A DNA stretch of 64,000 nucleotides from a virus (IMGVR_UViG_3300028886_000084:7715-71714); one strand, 5' to 3'; shown: positions 1 through 8,387, counted from the first letter of the stretch. Program-made: numbers and translations. The notes: generated by a model from the letters alone, not told the origin.

Positions 1-260
1 TAGGTTATCTTCCAGGGGGTGTCGCCGTTGAGCGGTACGCCTTTCAGGTCATCGTCGGTGATCGTTAGAGGGCTTGAACAATCATTACGGAAATACGGCA
101 CCTTGACGATCTCATCGCCTTCTCTCTTCATCTTCTCTGCCGTTATGCTATCCTCGAAGACCGCGTACGGTTTCAGTCTCGGCGGGGATTTCTCTCCCGT
201 AGAGGCATCCATCATGCCGCCCTCATCGGACCAATACATCAATACATATACTGTTCTCAT
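1..260 (-). CDS. hypothetical protein, 3'-partial (MRTVYVLMYWSDEGG...)
   Basis: Manual translation from ATG at 260, preceded by GAGGTGAAAGA SD/connector; open to the window edge; not in the ORF track. Confidence 0.7.
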   Translation of the reverse strand, partial: MRTVYVLMYWSDEGGMMDASTGEKSPPRLKPYAVFEDSITAEKMKREGDEIVKVPYFRNDCSSPLTITDDDLKGVPLNGDTPWKIT

Positions 261-264
261 TCTT

Positions 265-447
265 TCACCTCTCATATCTTGAGCAGGGCATCTTTCCTTC
301 TCTGACCGAGCAGTCGATGCTTTTGATTATGCACATCCTGGTGCCGTCCTTTTTCAGTTTGGAGAAACTGCATTTGCTGCAGTCGGCAAAGGTCTTCTCG
401 GTGGAAGGGTCGTACTCCTGTCCGAGGATCGGTGTCTGATGGATCAC
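265..447 (-). CDS. small Cys-rich hypothetical protein
   Basis: GTG start overlapping the upstream TGA (GTGA); CxxC motifs. Confidence 0.6.
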   Translation of the reverse strand: MIHQTPILGQEYDPSTEKTFADCSKCSFSKLKKDGTRMCIIKSIDCSVREGKMPCSRYER

Positions 448-725
448 TCCAGCACCTCCCAGTCCTCGCTCTGCAGGTCGTACTGCGACGCCAACCATCC
501 GATCAGTCTCTTGCCGTCATTCGTCACCATGTCGATGTGCCCCAGGATCTCCACTTCGCCTCTGAGCTTCTCGCTGTCGGTAAGAGGGTCGTGACATTCC
601 TTCCACATGCTGGCGGGGATGACCCTGCTGGGCACATAGTACAGGTAGGCGTTCTTGCCGTTCCACCTCATGTTACGCACCCTTTTGCCGTTCATCAATG
701 CTTCCAATGCATCTCCGAAATTCAT
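444..725 (-). CDS. tad2: DUF2829 / Thoeris anti-defence 2 (Tad2)-like protein
   Basis: MNFGDALEALMNGKRV..WNGKNAYLYYVP..HIDMVT..GWLASQYDLQSEDWEV matches the DUF2829 consensus as recalled; ATGA overlap at 722-725. Confidence 0.8.
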   Translation of the reverse strand: MNFGDALEALMNGKRVRNMRWNGKNAYLYYVPSRVIPASMWKECHDPLTDSEKLRGEVEILGHIDMVTNDGKRLIGWLASQYDLQSEDWEVLE

Positions 726-1168
726 ATCGATTCCTCCAATACACAACTGGCCCTCAGTATGAGCCTGTCATCATCCGTCCTTTTAGCGGACATCACCCAC
801 ATCTCATCCGTATCCCCGGATCTGAGATCGAGACGGAATACGGAGAGTCTGCCCCATGTCGACATGTACTGCAGTGTATCATCAAGATATAACCCTTGAT
901 AGACACTGCCGTCCTCGTTGGACACGAAGAGCATATCGAAACCTTCCTTCTGTGTCAGGTCATCCTTGTCCTTGTATCCGTCGAGCAGATCGGCAAGATC
1001 TGCCTTGTATTGTCCTCTCAGATCGCTGAGCACCGGATCGATGCCGTATTCCTTCTTCACTTCAAGATCGGACGGCGTGTATATGATGTCGATATTCTTC
1101 TTCTCCGCGTAGTTCAGCAGGACCCTTTCGTATAACGATAGCCTTCTTTCCTCTTTCATTTCATTCAT
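722..1168 (-). CDS. hypothetical protein
   Basis: 148-aa ORF in the coupled array; GGAG SD favours an ATG at 1159. Confidence 0.7.
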   Translation of the reverse strand: MNEMKEERRLSLYERVLLNYAEKKNIDIIYTPSDLEVKKEYGIDPVLSDLRGQYKADLADLLDGYKDKDDLTQKEGFDMLFVSNEDGSVYQGLYLDDTLQYMSTWGRLSVFRLDLRSGDTDEMWVMSAKRTDDDRLILRASCVLEESI

Positions 1169-1352
1169 CTCCTTTGATGGTAAGTCCCATCATCTTGCCG
1201 CACCTTGCGCAGTGATACTCCCATGTCCAGGTCCTTGACCTGTCGGCGGGAGCACTCTGCGGGTACGACACCCATTCTCCGCATCCGCAGTTCGGGCATG
1301 TGAAGTGTCCCATGCCGTCGTGCGGGCAGTATCCTTCTCCTTTGTCGTTCAT
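1161..1352 (-). CDS. small zinc-ribbon protein
   Basis: CPNCGC and CARCG pairs; ATG overlaps upstream stop. Confidence 0.7.
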   Translation of the reverse strand: MNDKGEGYCPHDGMGHFTCPNCGCGEWVSYPQSAPADRSRTWTWEYHCARCGKMMGLTIKGDE

Positions 1353-1624
1353 TCCTTCACCTCTTCATACGTTTCATTGAACACCGTCTCATTACATGGA
1401 TAACAGTCGTGCGAACCTTTGATTATATAATCCCCTTTGTGGAATTGAACGTCGCCCTGTAATGTCTTGATATAAACCTTATCAATCATATACCCCTCTT
1501 TGTAATTGAAACCGCATTTCGACACACACTGTCTGCCTGTGAACTTCTGTATCTCTTCCCAATTGTCACCTGTGAACTGCACGGCTTCGACCACTATGGG
1601 CTTCTTTCTGTATTTGCCTATCAT
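1349..1624 (-). CDS. conserved phage protein (YRKKPxVxEAVQ...GDYIIKG...YPC family)
   Basis: KYRKKPIVVEAVQFTG, IKTLQG, GDYIIKG, YPCNETVFNETYE motifs typical of a widespread phage family. Confidence 0.75.
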   Translation of the reverse strand: MIGKYRKKPIVVEAVQFTGDNWEEIQKFTGRQCVSKCGFNYKEGYMIDKVYIKTLQGDVQFHKGDYIIKGSHDCYPCNETVFNETYEEVKE

Positions 1625-1794
1625 TCCTTCGCCCCCTTGTTCCATAACTCTATTGCTTCTTTTTCAGTATCAGCGTGAGGCCCCTGTGCCTGACAACGGC
1701 AGCATTCGACGATCCACGGTCTGTTGTAATGTCCGATGTGCCAGGTCATCGCTTGTTTACATTCGCAGAACGGACACGATTTCAGTTCGGTCAT
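1621..1794 (-). CDS. Lar-like (restriction alleviation) zinc-finger protein
   Basis: Manual translation MTELKSCPFCECK...ECCRC...EAIELWNKGAKE; below the ORF-track length cutoff. Confidence 0.75.
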   Translation of the reverse strand: MTELKSCPFCECKQAMTWHIGHYNRPWIVECCRCQAQGPHADTEKEAIELWNKGAKE

Positions 1795-2012
1795 TCTCCA
1801 CCCCTCGGGTGTATATTACAGGTAGTGATTGGCATACCGTTAAGGTATCTCCTATTCCATATCTCCACTACTTCTTCCTTCGACCTCCCCATCAACGGGT
1901 CTATTGCAATCCTACAATGATTGCACACAATATACCACCAATCGGGATTGGATTTGTAATGTTTCAGTTCAACATCCATTCCGCAAAACGGACAGTCTTT
2001 GAGTTCGGTCAT
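1791..2012 (-). CDS. Lar-like zinc-finger protein
   Basis: MTELKDCPFCG...CNHC...EIWNRR. Confidence 0.8.
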   Translation of the reverse strand: MTELKDCPFCGMDVELKHYKSNPDWWYIVCNHCRIAIDPLMGRSKEEVVEIWNRRYLNGMPITTCNIHPRGGE

Positions 2013-2016
2013 TCCT

Positions 2017-2193
2017 TCACCTCACCAATGCAGAAATTAATTTTACGCATGAGTATACGAAATATACCCCTATTAACGGCCAACCTATGAATGTAACATA
2101 AAAAATGACTGCTGCGTCTAATGCTCTGAACATCTTATTCGGCTTCTTCACATCACCGTAGTATTCGTTTAAGAGTTCATCCGCCGAGGTCAT
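2017..2193 (-). CDS. small membrane protein
   Basis: ATG at 2193 in connector; hydrophobic stretch AAVIFYVTFIGWPLIGVYFVYSCV. Confidence 0.65.
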   Translation of the reverse strand: MTSADELLNEYYGDVKKPNKMFRALDAAVIFYVTFIGWPLIGVYFVYSCVKLISALVR

Positions 2194-2360
2194 TCCTTCA
2201 CTCTCCTGTTCCATTTCTCTATTGCCTCTTCTTCCCTCATTCTGTCTGTACCCATCCCACAGCAGGTGCACATAATATAACGGGTGCGGATGTCACTCCC
2301 CGCATACTTGTATATCTTCGCCTTGCCACCACAGAACGGGCATGGTTTCAGTTCAGTCAT
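2190..2360 (-). CDS. Lar-like zinc-finger protein
   Basis: MTELKPCPFCGG...CTCC...EKWNRRVKE. Confidence 0.8.
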   Translation of the reverse strand: MTELKPCPFCGGKAKIYKYAGSDIRTRYIMCTCCGMGTDRMREEEAIEKWNRRVKE

Positions 2361-2650
2361 TCCTTCGCCTCCAGTCTCTTTATCCTTTGTTTTCTTATCA
2401 GATTCCTGATACGATGGTCGAGAGCCCATACTTCCTTGAGGTCATCGTCATCCTTGATCATCTTGTACAGGTCCTCTTCCAGCACACCCCACATCTTCTC
2501 CGCGACCAATTCGGGCTCGTCGGGCCATATCTCGAGATAGTAGGTATGTTTACAGAACGGACATTCTTTTCCCGCAGTCCTTGAAGGTGTATGGCGCGGG
2601 ATTCCCGAATCCTCTGCGGGCAGTCCTAGAAATTCATTCTTGTCGGTCAT
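2357..2650 (-). CDS. hypothetical protein with partial Lar-like CPFC motif
   Basis: KECPFCKH; ATG at 2650 in connector. Confidence 0.65.
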   Translation of the reverse strand: MTDKNEFLGLPAEDSGIPRHTPSRTAGKECPFCKHTYYLEIWPDEPELVAEKMWGVLEEDLYKMIKDDDDLKEVWALDHRIRNLIRKQRIKRLEAKE

Positions 2651-2838
2651 TCCTTCACCTCCTTCGGTCTTATCGCGTAGCTCATGGATGTTATTGCCAC
2701 GATCAGTTGTGCAGAACAATGCTTGCAAACATTCAATTCGAACTTCTCTATGTTCCAGAACGGGTCTGCATTGAATGTCACTTTAGCTGTCCCGTCCTCA
2801 TCTTCAATTTGTTTCTGACAGATCGCACACTGAGTCAT
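2647..2838 (-). CDS. small zinc-finger protein
   Basis: CAIC/CKHC pairs; ends EVKE. Confidence 0.7.
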   Translation of the reverse strand: MTQCAICQKQIEDEDGTAKVTFNADPFWNIEKFELNVCKHCSAQLIVAITSMSYAIRPKEVKE

Positions 2839-3038
2839 TCCTTCAGCCTCCCGTCGTATGATCCGTCGTTGACGATGCCGATGGCATTGTTGATGTATAT
2901 CGAACATTTCCTGCAATAGTGCAACGTGGTGATCATCTGACCGAATGTTCCCATATCGGACTCCACGGTCACCTCGACCATCTCTTTCTTCTTGTCGAAC
3001 TGCTCGTGACACCTGTCGCATTCATATTTTATGGTCAT
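2835..3038 (-). CDS. small zinc-finger protein
   Basis: CDRC/CRKC pairs; ATG at 3038. Confidence 0.7.
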   Translation of the reverse strand: MTIKYECDRCHEQFDKKKEMVEVTVESDMGTFGQMITTLHYCRKCSIYINNAIGIVNDGSYDGRLKE

Positions 3039-3175
3039 TCCTTTTCCTCCTCTTTCTTCTTTCTGCACCTTATACAGAGTTCATCATCCCAATATTCTCT
3101 CATCTCCCCGCATTCCTTGCACTTGGGTGCGGCGTTGTAGAGCCCTTCGATGAATGGTTTGAACCCTTCGCTCAT
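3035..3175 (-). CDS. small zinc-finger protein (46 aa)
   Basis: Manual translation MSEGFKPFIEGLYNAAPKCKECGE...LCIRCRKKKEEEKE; both ends coupled by ATGA overlaps. Confidence 0.7.
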   Translation of the reverse strand: MSEGFKPFIEGLYNAAPKCKECGEMREYWDDELCIRCRKKKEEEKE

Positions 3176-3504
3176 TTCTTCACTCTCCCGTTCCACATCA
3201 GCCACGCCTCGTCAGGGCTGTAATACCATCTGGTACCGGCATAACATGAGCTGCATGCTATGCGGTATCTGTCCCCGCAGAAGTCCCTCTTATGCGGATC
3301 GGTCTCCAGCTTCGGGGATCCGCCGCAGAACGGGCAGGGCAAAAAGTCAATTTGACTTTCATTGACTTTTCCTGTCTTTTCCCTGCCTGCCACATTTTTC
3401 ACTATCACCTTGGCTTTCTCATCCCCGTCAGGGATCAAAGATAGGAGAGATAGTAACTCCCTCCCTGTGATCGTGTACATCTTGTCCATCTCGAAATCGG
3501 TCAT
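3172..3504 (-). CDS. hypothetical N-domain fused to a Lar-like zinc finger
   Basis: C-terminal LPCPFCGG...CSSC...MWNGRVKK. Confidence 0.75.
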   Translation of the reverse strand: MTDFEMDKMYTITGRELLSLLSLIPDGDEKAKVIVKNVAGREKTGKVNESQIDFLPCPFCGGSPKLETDPHKRDFCGDRYRIACSSCYAGTRWYYSPDEAWLMWNGRVKK

Positions 3505-3707
3505 CTTACCACCCTGAATATCCTTTCTTCGCTGATTCCTTTCTTCAATCCTTCCAACAGGAACGACTTGTTCTTGTATATCTCACTCCACAGTTCATCA
3601 TCATCAAGATTAGCACCGTAGGGCATACTCGCAATCAATGTCTCTATCTGTTTTACAATCTTATCGATCGCTCTTTCTTCTGTTATTCCTTCACTCTCCT
3701 GTTCCAT
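3501..3707 (-). CDS. hypothetical protein (expected coupled ATG at 3686 reads ATA)
   Basis: 68-aa ORF; connector reads GAATAAC instead of GAATGAC. Confidence 0.55.
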   Translation of the reverse strand: MEQESEGITEERAIDKIVKQIETLIASMPYGANLDDDELWSEIYKNKSFLLEGLKKGISEERIFRVVR

Positions 3708-3868
3708 TCTTTCATCACAGTGCTTTTACCATATCCCCCCCACACAAACTTTTCAAAGTTCATATGACATTTGTTACAGTATATCACATAGGTCTCATCA
3801 CGTCCATCCGTCTTATCACGCAATTCTACATCACCGCCACAGAACGGACATGGTTTCAGTTCGGTCAT
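3683..3868 (-). CDS. Lar-like zinc-finger protein
   Basis: MTELKPCPFCGG...CNKC...EWNRRVKE. Confidence 0.8.
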   Translation of the reverse strand: MTELKPCPFCGGDVELRDKTDGRDETYVIYCNKCHMNFEKFVWGGYGKSTVMKEWNRRVKE

Positions 3869-4050
3869 TCCTTCACCCCCCAATACGGTCTGCAGACTTC
3901 GAAGAGGTAATCTATGCATCTCCTATCCAAATATCTCCAACGACCTTCGTTGACGATGTTCGGGCATCTTACAGCATCTGCGATGCTCTGGTATGTCCTG
4001 TCCTTGGAATGGACGTACTCCTTGAACCTCAGTTTGTTGATCCTGTTCAT
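3865..4050 (-). CDS. hypothetical protein
   Basis: Coupled ORF ending GVKE. Confidence 0.65.
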   Translation of the reverse strand: MNRINKLRFKEYVHSKDRTYQSIADAVRCPNIVNEGRWRYLDRRCIDYLFEVCRPYWGVKE

Positions 4051-4289
4051 TCCTTCTCCTCCCTGAATCTCTCATCCCACCCCAGGATCCATTTTGCCAT
4101 CTGGACTGCACGTTCCCACTCAACATCATCGTATACGGAGAAGTCGGGAGTAAATCCCTTCTGTTCAGCGTGTATCTCATCCGTACCGATGAATACGCCG
4201 AACACATACTTGCTGTCGGGATGTGTCCCCGTTGTTCCCCTTATGCTCATCTGAGTGTGCTCTGTCAGATCGAATACTGCGATGGTCAT
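4047..4289 (-). CDS. hypothetical protein
   Basis: Coupled ORF ending EEKE. Confidence 0.65.
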   Translation of the reverse strand: MTIAVFDLTEHTQMSIRGTTGTHPDSKYVFGVFIGTDEIHAEQKGFTPDFSVYDDVEWERAVQMAKWILGWDERFREEKE

Positions 4290-4447
4290 TCCTTCACCTC
4301 GTATACATCCAATACCTCCGGCATGGGGTCATGCAGATCACAGAGTTCATCCCAGACGATGTCCGCCATGCCTTCCATGTATTTTCTGGCATCCTCAACG
4401 GTCTCGAAACGATCCGTATCTATTGCCATAATACATCTGCATCTCAT
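4286..4447 (-). CDS. hypothetical protein
   Basis: ATG at 4447 in connector; ends EVKE. Confidence 0.6.
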   Translation of the reverse strand: MRCRCIMAIDTDRFETVEDARKYMEGMADIVWDELCDLHDPMPEVLDVYEVKE

Positions 4448-4629
4448 TCTTTCACCTTCTCTACCTTCTTTCCGCACGAGGGGCAGTAGTTCAACGGCAT
4501 ACAGTCGCCGTCCGGCCACACGATATACAGCTTATCGTCGATGATCGTGATACCATCTCTGATGTCATTCATCATCACTGCATCGCCCATGGCGTCGCAG
4601 CAGATGTTGATCTTCCACTCATCGGTCAT
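4444..4629 (-). CDS. small Cys-rich protein (CC...YCPSCG)
   Basis: ICCDAM and LNYCPSCGKK; ends KVKE. Confidence 0.65.
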   Translation of the reverse strand: MTDEWKINICCDAMGDAVMMNDIRDGITIIDDKLYIVWPDGDCMPLNYCPSCGKKVEKVKE

Positions 4630-4874
4630 TCTTTCACCCTCCTGTACGGTACCCTCTTACACGCTTTGATGTATTCATCACGGTGCATCTTCAACCATTC
4701 TTCCAACAATCTCAGTTCGAGTACGTCCTTCATCGGGCCAGCATATCTTGTGGCGTGACATAATGCTACAGCAATATACAGCTCCTTTGCCGTCTCATAC
4801 TCGTGAATGATGTTGTCTCTGTTGTTCTGTGCCATGTCATATGCGCACACCCTATGAAGGTTGAGTCTGTTCAT
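4626..4874 (-). CDS. hypothetical protein
   Basis: ATG at 4874; ends RVKE. Confidence 0.65.
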   Translation of the reverse strand: MNRLNLHRVCAYDMAQNNRDNIIHEYETAKELYIAVALCHATRYAGPMKDVLELRLLEEWLKMHRDEYIKACKRVPYRRVKE

Positions 4875-5224
4875 TCCTCCGCCCTCCTGTTCCACAGTGC
4901 TATCGCTTCTTCTTTGGACATAGCATCGAACATATGATCCACCCATACGTTGCAGTCCTTACAGGTGATACTGACCTCGCTCTTTCCCGGGTCGTTCTCT
5001 ATCAGATGCACATCTGTCGAACCGCAGAACGGACACGGTCTGAGTATAGAGCTGGCCTCTACCTCTTTTGAATTGACCTCGTTCCACAGCCTTATCGCTT
5101 TGTCTTTCTTCTCATCGACGGCGAATATGCGACAGTTCGCACACCCCACTTTCCACAGATCCTTCTCTCCGATGTAGACCTCAGCGATCCCTCCGCAGAC
5201 AGGACACGGTTTCAGTTCGGCCAT
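4871..5224 (-). CDS. tandem double Lar-like zinc-finger protein
   Basis: ELKPCPVCGG..CANC..LWN followed by LRPCPFCGS..CKDC..LWNRR. Confidence 0.8.
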   Translation of the reverse strand: MAELKPCPVCGGIAEVYIGEKDLWKVGCANCRIFAVDEKKDKAIRLWNEVNSKEVEASSILRPCPFCGSTDVHLIENDPGKSEVSITCKDCNVWVDHMFDAMSKEEAIALWNRRAEE

Positions 5225-5228
5225 CCTT

Positions 5229-5465
5229 TCACACCCCCATGACAGACAATGTCCACATCAAGACGACAAACGTCAATGCACAGAGTGTCATTATCACCAG
5301 TCCGACAAGCGCATACTCCTTCAGTTCAGGTGTATTGTAATCATTACCGAACCTCGTGTAATCCTTTATCAATTCGTGTGCGAGCACCCACAGGGATGCA
5401 ACGAATACCCATACCAACACCACCAGGCCTGCATTGAAGAATGGTTCGAGTGTCTCGGAGATCAT
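5229..5465 (-). CDS. small membrane protein, two TM helices
   Basis: Two long hydrophobic segments. Confidence 0.7.
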   Translation of the reverse strand: MISETLEPFFNAGLVVLVWVFVASLWVLAHELIKDYTRFGNDYNTPELKEYALVGLVIMTLCALTFVVLMWTLSVMGV

Positions 5466-5929
5466 TCCTTTGCCTCCTCCTTATATTTGAAATTCTTACA
5501 TTTGCAGGCGCAGCTCATCTCGTTGAATCTGTCTACTCTCATCACACATTCACTGATGCTGTAGTCCTTACAGTAGGTCTCGGGCAGCATGCTCACTGCG
5601 GCACCGTCCGCCAGATATCCTGTGAGTGCTTCACGATCATAATGCTCACAGAACCTGCATTCACGTCTGGGGGAGAATCTGTCGCACTTGTCCCACCTGC
5701 GGTATACTACATCCTTGTCCCCTGTGGCACCCACGATCAGATCCGGCGAGAGGGTACAGTAGAACATACCTATTCTGCCGCGGAAGTATGTCACCATCTT
5801 GCAGTGCTTGCATGAATGTTCGCCCGTGGTGGCCTCCATCTCAGCCACACGGTCCTTCAGCCATTGGACATCACGGTCATCCTGTTCTTGTATGGCCTTC
5901 TCGATCTTGCGTTTTCTGAATAGTCTCAT
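5462..5929 (-). CDS. Cys-rich hypothetical protein
   Basis: ATG at 5929; several CxxC; ends EAKE. Confidence 0.7.
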   Translation of the reverse strand: MRLFRKRKIEKAIQEQDDRDVQWLKDRVAEMEATTGEHSCKHCKMVTYFRGRIGMFYCTLSPDLIVGATGDKDVVYRRWDKCDRFSPRRECRFCEHYDREALTGYLADGAAVSMLPETYCKDYSISECVMRVDRFNEMSCACKCKNFKYKEEAKE

Positions 5930-6123
5930 TCTTCCACTCTCCCGTTCCACACCTTGAGGATGTCATCCAGATCCCCGAGACCATTATGGAATTTGAATAC
6001 CGTTCTGCAATTGTCACATCTCACACACGGATCGAACGGGTTGCACCTGTCATCCACATCATAATAATAGAGATGGAGATTGGTGTTCCCGCAGAACGGA
6101 CATGGTTTAAGTTCTGGATCCAT
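5926..6123 (-). CDS. Lar-like zinc-finger protein
   Basis: ELKPCPFCGN...CDNC...VWNGRVEE. Confidence 0.8.
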   Translation of the reverse strand: MDPELKPCPFCGNTNLHLYYYDVDDRCNPFDPCVRCDNCRTVFKFHNGLGDLDDILKVWNGRVEE

Positions 6124-6127
6124 TCTT

Positions 6128-6505
6128 TCACTCTCCTCTTGACAGCGTGTTCTCCCCGAACGGGAAGTTGCCGAGACAGGTCACCTTCTCAAGCGGCAGA
6201 TCGATGTAGAGGAAGTGTATCTCCCACCACTCCGAACCATCGTATTCGTTACGGAACATGATGAAGGGCGTACCTGTCTTGTTGTACCCCCTCATGCGAA
6301 GTCCTTCGTGGATCATGGTGCCTCCGAAGCCATCATCATACTCCGTGTCCCTGGCAAGCTCCTCGAAGTTCTCCTTGGTGATCTTGCACCTCTCCGGATC
6401 CTTCCCGCCCCATGGGTCGAGCTCGATCCATATCATCTTCACATCGTCCCATGTGAGGCCATTGGCCTCGAGCTTGGAGATCGTCTCATCCCAAAGATTG
6501 GTCAT
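6128..6505 (-). CDS. conserved phage hypothetical protein (NLWDET...YDDGFGG...EYDGSEWW)
   Basis: Motif pattern seen in many phage hypothetical proteins. Confidence 0.7.
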   Translation of the reverse strand: MTNLWDETISKLEANGLTWDDVKMIWIELDPWGGKDPERCKITKENFEELARDTEYDDGFGGTMIHEGLRMRGYNKTGTPFIMFRNEYDGSEWWEIHFLYIDLPLEKVTCLGNFPFGENTLSRGE

Positions 6506-6894
6506 TCTTTCACCCCCTTCACTACGATCTGCATGTCCGCATAGGGGCTGAGCCTATCCATCCACTCTTTGAATTCGAACTCGTCGGATTCATCGTAATC
6601 CTCGAGGACATCTACCATGTGGACTCTTTCCGTTGACACTGTCAATTCAACACTGTAGTAGTCGGTATAGAATCTGTATTCGAGGCATATCAACCTGCAA
6701 TTGTCCCTATCGATGGCGACCGGGTATAGGAACCAAGCTAATTGGCGTGAATCGTCGACATCCTCGTGAACGAAATATCTGTTGAGATATGTTTCTGCAC
6801 CTTCAAGGGACATACATTTCTTCTCGTGTTCAAGACATACGCTCTCTTTGTCGAATGTCTTTCCACAACTGTCGCACTTGTATACGTGTTTCAT
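6502..6894 (-). CDS. C2H2-like zinc-finger hypothetical protein
   Basis: YKCDSCGKTF...CLEHE..C; ends GVKE. Confidence 0.7.
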   Translation of the reverse strand: MKHVYKCDSCGKTFDKESVCLEHEKKCMSLEGAETYLNRYFVHEDVDDSRQLAWFLYPVAIDRDNCRLICLEYRFYTDYYSVELTVSTERVHMVDVLEDYDESDEFEFKEWMDRLSPYADMQIVVKGVKE

Positions 6895-7286
6895 TCTTTC
6901 ACCCCTTGGAAATCGAACTTCGGTATCCTGTTGTGTTCTCTGAGTTCTTCCTCGAACTTCTGCTTCCCTGTGCCGTTCGGCATGATAAGGATATCCAATA
7001 TCCCTCTGACATATCCCTTCCTGTATCTCTCCAGCACGTGCTCCTCTATCTTTGCAAATATCCTTTCCCGTGCCTTAGTATATTCTTCGCGATTGTCATC
7101 CAGCCACTGTTTCAGTATGGGCCTCGCGACTCTTCCGGGGTAGCGTACGGCATCGCGAATGCAGATGTATTCATACATCGTGCGGATCGCTTCATACTGC
7201 ATTTCGAGATCATCGTCGTTCCTTGCAGGCGTGTGTGCCGATGCCCTGTGATTGTACTTCTGTATGATCTTCAGCAGCCTGCTCAT
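6891..7286 (-). CDS. hypothetical protein
   Basis: ATG at 7286; ends GVKE. Confidence 0.65.
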   Translation of the reverse strand: MSRLLKIIQKYNHRASAHTPARNDDDLEMQYEAIRTMYEYICIRDAVRYPGRVARPILKQWLDDNREEYTKARERIFAKIEEHVLERYRKGYVRGILDILIMPNGTGKQKFEEELREHNRIPKFDFQGVKE

Positions 7287-7846
7287 TCCTCTCCCTCCTC
7301 GATCTTGCTGTATATCATTCTTTTCGATGTCACACCGCCGGTCTTGGGGTGTCTGCGCAGATAGTTCAGTACCCAATCGAACGTTTCCTGGTCGGGTGCC
7401 ACGCATTTGATTGCGATCATTGAACTGCCAAGCAGCGGTGTTGTTGCCTCGGGCAGTAATCTCCAATCGATGTTCTTCTCTTCCAACGCCGTTGTCACAT
7501 CATCGACATCGCCAAGTGAGCCCTGTACGAAGAAGATGAGCCACTTGTCATCCTCTTCATAATCTGGATCGTCATGTGCCTTTATGTCCTCCTGAACATA
7601 ATCCGGCACTTTCTCGAATGCAGTGTACTCCACCTCGTATTCCTCATCCCCGCCGTCATAGACAAGTGAGAAGTCGCCTTCATGAGAGCAGTGCATTCCC
7701 GGCAGCAGACACTCATAATGTCTGCGGAAGAAGCTGTCGATCTCCCTTCTGTCACGATCGACCTGCCACGGCTCACCGTAATGCCTGCTGATCATTATCG
7801 CTTTCTTGCACATGTTGCATCTCAGATACATCCTTGCATTCGCCAT
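7283..7846 (-). CDS. hypothetical protein
   Basis: 187-aa ORF in the array. Confidence 0.7.
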   Translation of the reverse strand: MANARMYLRCNMCKKAIMISRHYGEPWQVDRDRREIDSFFRRHYECLLPGMHCSHEGDFSLVYDGGDEEYEVEYTAFEKVPDYVQEDIKAHDDPDYEEDDKWLIFFVQGSLGDVDDVTTALEEKNIDWRLLPEATTPLLGSSMIAIKCVAPDQETFDWVLNYLRRHPKTGGVTSKRMIYSKIEEGEE

Positions 7847-8089
7847 TCAATCATCCTCTGCCAATCTGTCGAGTGTACCTTTGTATCTCACCATGAGCTC
7901 TTTGATCTTCTCTTCAAGTTCGGGCGATATCACATAGGGTTCAGAACCGATGGCTTTCGCATCGGGGATCATCTTCGATAATGACGGATCCTCTACCGTC
8001 TTGTCCGATTCGGAACCTGCTGTGATGGAGCCGGATACCTTGTCTCCGAGTTTCTCCATCAATACCCTGTGGAACTCCTCGTCGTTCAT
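7847..8089 (-). CDS. hypothetical protein
   Basis: ATG at 8089 in connector. Confidence 0.65.
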   Translation of the reverse strand: MNDEEFHRVLMEKLGDKVSGSITAGSESDKTVEDPSLSKMIPDAKAIGSEPYVISPELEEKIKELMVRYKGTLDRLAEDD

Positions 8090-8223
8090 TCTTTCACCCA
8101 CTTTATCTTACATCTGTACGGGATGCGAACATCCTCATCCTCATCTGCACAACCCATGTTATCCAAGAACCTGTAATAGTCCTCATCATTCGGGAACGTG
8201 ATCTTCAGTGTGACCTCTTTCAT
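8086..8223 (-). CDS. small hypothetical protein (45 aa)
   Basis: Manual translation MKEVTLKITFPNDEDYYRFLDNMGCADEDEDVRIPYRCKIKWVKE; coupled at both ends. Confidence 0.7.
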   Translation of the reverse strand: MKEVTLKITFPNDEDYYRFLDNMGCADEDEDVRIPYRCKIKWVKE

Positions 8224-8387
8224 TCTCCTCCCTCCAGCCATGCGTGCAGTTCATCCATGCACTCTGTACAGAGACGGTAATGGCGCGGTGCCATGCCTTC
8301 GTACATGGTGAAGACATCCCTGCGCCTGTCGGCTCCGTTCTGCTTCTTCCCGCAGTGGGGGCAGTACCACTCATATGTCGCGTTCAT
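8220..8387 (-). CDS. small zinc-finger protein
   Basis: YCPHCG...LCTEC. Confidence 0.7.
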   Translation of the reverse strand: MNATYEWYCPHCGKKQNGADRRRDVFTMYEGMAPRHYRLCTECMDELHAWLEGGE

